Source of the DNA: Burkholderiaceae bacterium
Lineage (GTDB): Bacteria > Pseudomonadota > Gammaproteobacteria > Burkholderiales > Burkholderiaceae_C
Length of the DNA: 64,000 nt
Reading direction: 5' to 3'
Assembly: GCA_017856435.1 (NCBI GenBank)
Contig: JAFMFB010000008.1
Location: forward strand, 3,959-67,958
A program made the translations under genes and the position numbers. The notes beneath the pieces were generated by a model, which saw nothing but the letters and a program-made list of their open reading frames with translations, searched no databases and was not told the origin of the DNA. Within the stretch, counting starts at the first letter, position 1; each line of letters starts with the position of its first letter. Positions 60,027-64,000 of the stretch are shown one piece after another.

Positions 60027-60071
60027 CGGCTAAGCCGGCAGGGCTTAGCCGGACTTGGCGGCTTAGTCCGG
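60027..60071. terminator. Two adjacent, partly overlapping stem-loops between convergent genes (candidate bidirectional terminator)
   Basis: Hairpin 1 is CGGCTAAGCC-ggcag-GGCTTAGCCG (10-bp stem, 60027..60051). Hairpin 2 is CCGGACT-N9-AGTCCGG (60049..60071) and overlaps the Bug gene stop codon. Confidence 0.35.
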
Positions 60072-61031
60072 CTTGAAGCCCGATTCCCGGATGGGCGGAC
60101 CCCAGCGGTCATAATCCTCTTTCATGATGGCAGCCAGCCGTTCAGGGCCGTAGCCCGTGGGTTCAAGTCCCATGTCCTGGAGTCGTTTCTGAATGGCCGG
60201 GTCAGCAATTGAGTCCATGGCCGCTTTGGCCAGTCGCTGCACAACCGCAGGAGGCGTGCCGGCCGTCGTAAAGAGGGCATACCAGGGGGATGCCACCAGG
60301 TCGTAGCCCTGTTCACGGAAGGTTGGCACATTGGGAAAATTGCTGCTGCGCTTTTGCCCCGCAACGGCCAGGAGTCTGGCCTTGTTGCTATCCACCATGG
60401 ATTTAATATCCGCAGCCACGGTGGACAGTGCCGTGATTTCTCCGGCTGCCAAAGCCTGCATTGAGGGCGCGGTCCCTCGATAGGGGACATGCTGCAGGCT
60501 GATTCCGGCGCTCTTGGCAAACATCACGCCAAAAAAGTGGGGCAGGGTACCATTGCCGGCTGAACCGTAAAAGCTGTTGTCTTTAGGATTGGATTTCACC
60601 CAACTCACATACTCCTTGAGTGTCGTAGCTGGTACGCCTGTGCCCACCCCAAGTCCGATCTGGAAGTTACTCAAATGAGCAACCGGGGCAAAATCCTTGA
60701 ACGGGTCGTATTTCACCTTATCGGCTAGGCTGTGCGGAAAGATTGACATGGTGGCCACTGGGGTCATCAGCAGTACGGTGCCGTCTGTTGGGGCAGCCTT
60801 GACGGCCATATTGGCCAGCATGCCACCCGCTCCGGTTTTGTTTTCAACAACCACGGCTTGGCCAAGTCGTCGGGACATGGCTTCGGCGACGATGCGCGTC
60901 AGAGCATCCGAAGTGGCACCAGCGGGATAGCCCACGACGATTTTGATGGCCCCGGTCTGCGCGGTGCTGATGGTGCTGCCCAAAGTCAAAAGACCGGTGA
61001 TCACTGCAGAAACTAAAAATTTTGGGGTCAT
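60063..61031 (-). CDS. Bug family (TctC-like) substrate-binding protein
   Basis: 322 aa with a signal peptide ending TAQTGAIKIVVGYPAGATSD. Typical Bug architecture. Confidence 0.9.
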   Translation of the reverse strand: MTPKFLVSAVITGLLTLGSTISTAQTGAIKIVVGYPAGATSDALTRIVAEAMSRRLGQAVVVENKTGAGGMLANMAVKAAPTDGTVLLMTPVATMSIFPHSLADKVKYDPFKDFAPVAHLSNFQIGLGVGTGVPATTLKEYVSWVKSNPKDNSFYGSAGNGTLPHFFGVMFAKSAGISLQHVPYRGTAPSMQALAAGEITALSTVAADIKSMVDSNKARLLAVAGQKRSSNFPNVPTFREQGYDLVASPWYALFTTAGTPPAVVQRLAKAAMDSIADPAIQKRLQDMGLEPTGYGPERLAAIMKEDYDRWGPPIRESGFKPD

Positions 61032-61763
61032 TCAGTGGGCTCCAAGGGGTAAGGGTGAACGGTATTTATACCATTCACGCCATACCAGATCTGGTGGGGC
61101 CGCAATGACCAGGGGCGCCTGGACAGCGCTGAGCCGCAATTCAAGCCTAGCGGCATGAAGCCACAGGCGTTGGGTAGCCAGCAGGCCAGCCAGTGCTCGG
61201 TTCAAGGGACCTTTCCCGTGCGTGGCATCGCCAATGATCGGGTGCGCGATGTGTTTGAGGTGGCGTCTGAGCTGATGGCGACGGCCAGTCAGGGGCTGCA
61301 GTTCAACCAGAGCGCAGCGGGTGGTGGCATACGGGCCGGTCACCAGGGGCAATTCATAGCGCTCAAGGCAGCGGAAGTGGGTTTGAGCCGCTTGCGCCGA
61401 CAAGCGATCGGGTCGGTGATCATCTCGCATGCGACCCAGCGGGTGATCTATCAGGCCCTGTCCGACTGGCCAGCCGCGCACAATCGCAAGGTAGGTCTTG
61501 TGAATATCACAACCTGTGGCATCTGCGGCGACAAACGCCCGGCCGATCTGGCGCGCGGCATCTGCATTCAGGGCAAACAGCAGAACACCGCTGGTACCCT
61601 TGTCGAGTCGGTGGACAGGCCAAACGGTCTGGCCAAGCTGGTCTCTGACGGCCTGCAGGGCAAAACGGGTCTCTGCTGCATCCAGCCCGGTCTTGTGCAC
61701 CAACAGTCCGGGCGGTTTGTTCACAGCCACGAGATAATCGTTCCGGTATAGGATTTCCAACAT
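61032..61763 (-). CDS. truC: RluA-family pseudouridine synthase, TruC-like (tRNA pseudouridine 65 synthase)
   Basis: MLEILYRNDYLVAVNKPPGLLVHKT parallels the E. coli TruC N-terminus. The catalytic HRLDKGTSGVLL motif is present. The stop abuts the Bug gene start (TGAATG). Confidence 0.85.
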   Translation of the reverse strand: MLEILYRNDYLVAVNKPPGLLVHKTGLDAAETRFALQAVRDQLGQTVWPVHRLDKGTSGVLLFALNADAARQIGRAFVAADATGCDIHKTYLAIVRGWPVGQGLIDHPLGRMRDDHRPDRLSAQAAQTHFRCLERYELPLVTGPYATTRCALVELQPLTGRRHQLRRHLKHIAHPIIGDATHGKGPLNRALAGLLATQRLWLHAARLELRLSAVQAPLVIAAPPDLVWREWYKYRSPLPLGAH

Positions 61764-62538
61764 GTTGTTTCTACTATCTCCCGCCAAGTCTCTGGACTAT
61801 GACACGCCGGCAGGCGATTTGCCCCACACCTTGCCGCAGTTCGCCAGTGAAGCTGCCGAGTTGATTGGCATTCTGCGCGGCTATTCGCCGCCGCAGCTGG
61901 CCGAGCTGATGGATCTGAGCGATCAATTGGCCGGATTGAATGTGGCAAGAAACCAGGCCTGGAGTAAAAAGTTCAGCGTAAAGAACTCCAAGCAGGCTGT
62001 ACTTGCATTCAATGGGGATGTTTACGATGGCCTCAATGCCAAGACCCTCAAGCCCGAGGCGCTGGCCTGGGCGCAAGACCATGTGTGCATCCTGAGCGGC
62101 TTGTACGGGGTGTTGCGACCGCTGGACTGGATGCAACCCTACCGACTTGAAATGGGCAGCAAGCTAGCCAATGCCAGGGGCAAGGACTTGTACAAATTCT
62201 GGGGCAGCGCGATAGCGGAGCATCTGAACCAGCGGTTGACCGCAGACAAAACCGCCGTGGTGGTGAACCTGGCTTCGCAAGAGTATTTCAAGGCGGTGGA
62301 CCGCAAATCGCTCAAGGCGCGCGTGGTCGAGTGTGTCTTTGAGGACTGGAAAAACGGTCAGTACAAAGTGATCAGTTTTCTGGCCAAGCGGGCGCGTGGC
62401 TTGATGGCCCGCTATGCCATCAGCAAGCGCCTGACGACCCCCAAACAGCTGGAAAAGTTCAATCTGGAAGGGTATGCCTTTGAGCCATCCGCCTCTGAGC
62501 CGGATCGTCTGGTCTTTCGCCGCAAGGTGGCGGCTTGA
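61762..62538 (+). CDS. yaaA: Peroxide stress protein YaaA (DUF328)
   Basis: MLFLLSPAKSLDYDTP, AFNGDVYDGL, LSGLYGVLRPLDWMQPYRLEMG and ISFLAKRARGLMARY closely parallel E. coli YaaA. Confidence 0.9.
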   Translation: MLFLLSPAKSLDYDTPAGDLPHTLPQFASEAAELIGILRGYSPPQLAELMDLSDQLAGLNVARNQAWSKKFSVKNSKQAVLAFNGDVYDGLNAKTLKPEALAWAQDHVCILSGLYGVLRPLDWMQPYRLEMGSKLANARGKDLYKFWGSAIAEHLNQRLTADKTAVVVNLASQEYFKAVDRKSLKARVVECVFEDWKNGQYKVISFLAKRARGLMARYAISKRLTTPKQLEKFNLEGYAFEPSASEPDRLVFRRKVAA

Positions 62539-62565
62539 GCTGATGCGAAGCACGGAGATTGACCG

Positions 62566-63411
62566 ATGAGTTCACCAGAAAATTCAGCTCTTGGCAGAGC
62601 GGTGCCGTACGCCGACCAATACGATCCTTCGCTGCTTTACCCCATCTCACGGGCACCCAAGCGCGCTGAGATCGGCGTGCCTCACCAGGTGCCCTTCATG
62701 GGGGCCGACCTCTGGACAGCCTATGAAGTGAGCTGGCTAAACGCCCGCGGCAAGCCCCAGGTCGCCTTGGCCCAGATCACGGTACCGTGTGAGTCGCCCA
62801 ACATTGTTGAAAGCAAATCAATCAAGCTGTACCTCAACAGTTTCAACAATACCCGTCTGGATGATGTATCTCAGCTGCTGGGGCATTTACGTGCTGATCT
62901 GAGTGAAGCGAGCTGGCGGGGCACTGATCAAAACGGGTCGGTGGGTGTGCGCCTGATTGCGCCCGAACAGTTTGACCAACAGGCTGTCCATGAACTGGAC
63001 GGGGTCAACCTGGATCGGCTTGATCTGGAATGCAGCCAATATACCCCCGCCCCAGAGCTTTTGACGGCAGCTTTTGATGAACAACCGGTAACCGAGACGC
63101 TGGCCAGCAACCTGCTCAAGAGCAACTGCCTGGTCACTGGTCAGCCCGATTGGGCCAGCCTGCAGATCAGCTACAGCGGCCCGCAAATTGACCAGGCCGG
63201 GCTGTTGCGCTACATCGTGAGCTTTCGCAACCACAATGAGTTTCACGAGCAATGTGTTGAGCGGATTTACATGGATCTCTGGCGCCACTGTCGCCCTACC
63301 AAGCTGACGGTGTACGCACGCTACACCCGGCGCGGCGGGCTGGACATCAGTCCCTGGCGCACCAGCCATCCGCAGGCCTTACCGCCTAACATTCGGACGG
63401 CGCGGCAATAA
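62566..63411 (+). CDS. queF: NADPH-dependent 7-cyano-7-deazaguanine reductase (two-domain type)
   Basis: 281 aa. [37 protein letters not shown] and [15 protein letters not shown] are QueF motifs. Confidence 0.9.
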   Translation: MSSPENSALGRAVPYADQYDPSLLYPISRAPKRAEIGVPHQVPFMGADLWTAYEVSWLNARGKPQVALAQITVPCESPNIVESKSIKLYLNSFNNTRLDDVSQLLGHLRADLSEASWRGTDQNGSVGVRLIAPEQFDQQAVHELDGVNLDRLDLECSQYTPAPELLTAAFDEQPVTETLASNLLKSNCLVTGQPDWASLQISYSGPQIDQAGLLRYIVSFRNHNEFHEQCVERIYMDLWRHCRPTKLTVYARYTRRGGLDISPWRTSHPQALPPNIRTARQ

Positions 63412-63419
63412 CCACTCCC

Positions 63420-64000
63420 TCAAAACAGCGACTCGGTCACTGGCGAGGTCTCTTTTGCAGGGACAGTGCCGTTTTCGCACAATGGCAGAAGCGAGCCCAC
63501 GCGAACGCCCAGCAGGCGCAGGCGTCGACTCAAGTCGACCCGTTTAAGACACTGACCGGCAGCCTGACGGATCACCTTTGCATCAGCGGTGTGGGTTTCA
63601 AGGGTCTGGTCGCGGGTCACAGACCGGAAATCGTTGTAGCGAATTTTGATGCCGATGGTCCGACCCATATAGCCCTGGCGTTGCAGATCGGCTGCCACCT
63701 GCTCGCACAGTCGGGTGAAGACGGCGCCCAGTTCGGCCTTGTCATGCATCGCGTGCAAGTCACGCTCAAAAGTGGTCTCCCGGCTCATGGAAACGGGTTC
63801 GCTCTCGGTCACCACCTGGCTCTCGTCGCGGCCCCAGGCCGCTTCATGCAGCCAGGCGCCGTAGCTTTTGCCAAAATTCTCTATTAGCCAGAAAGGGTCG
63901 AAGGCAGCCAATTGCCCGATGGTCTCGATCCCTAAGGCCTTGAGTTTGGCGTCAGTCTTGGGGCCAATCCCGTTGATCTTGCGGCAGGGCAGGGGCCAGA
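63420..64000 (-). CDS. dinB: DNA polymerase IV, C-terminal part (the gene continues beyond the window end)
   Basis: The frame is open to base 64000. LPCRKINGIGPKTDAKLKALGIETIGQLA (HhH), SRETTFERDL and little-finger domain sequence are present. Confidence 0.85.
   Translation of the reverse strand, partial: WPLPCRKINGIGPKTDAKLKALGIETIGQLAAFDPFWLIENFGKSYGAWLHEAAWGRDESQVVTESEPVSMSRETTFERDLHAMHDKAELGAVFTRLCEQVAADLQRQGYMGRTIGIKIRYNDFRSVTRDQTLETHTADAKVIRQAAGQCLKRVDLSRRLRLLGVRVGSLLPLCENGTVPAKETSPVTESLF

Overview
GC-rich chromosomal segment that looks betaproteobacterial (Burkholderiales/Comamonadaceae-like). That guess rests on five Bug/TctC-type solute-binding genes, a tctCBA locus, and the ordinary gene content. 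The window is densely coding, with about 60 genes on both strands. In order it contains: a complete protocatechuate 4,5-cleavage (lig/pmd-type) catabolic cluster with a divergent LysR regulator (2.2-10.9 kb); assorted transporters (MscS, DMT, MFS, TctCBA, TAXI-TRAP, LivHMGF); housekeeping genes (rbgA, dnaX-ybaB-recR, rarA, cysM, galU, valS, truC-like, yaaA, queF, partial dinB); one tRNA-Leu(CAA); and an SRP (4.5S) RNA that I identified by eye. The most unusual block is 38.2-47.9 kb. It holds two divergently transcribed, paralogous gene sets encoding circularly permuted ATP-grasp, alpha-E and transglutaminase-fold proteins, including an 1172-aa DUF2126-type protein. This family is widely conserved but, to my knowledge, biochemically uncharacterised, so it is my best candidate for an undescribed system. 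Other points worth a second look are: an in-frame TAA splitting a DUF1932 oxidoreductase gene; an A9 slippery run in dnaX with an immediate -1 frame stop; a class III nucleotide cyclase fused to an intact PilZ domain; a terminator-like hairpin in the valS leader; a rubrerythrin/CCG Fe-S/DUF3501 trio behind an AT-rich palindrome; and two divergent genes whose start codons overlap. I saw no CRISPR array, transposase, integrase, phage gene or recognisable defence gene. All calls come from reading the ORF translations and the DNA by eye, and no database search was run. Start codons are often uncertain by a few codons.
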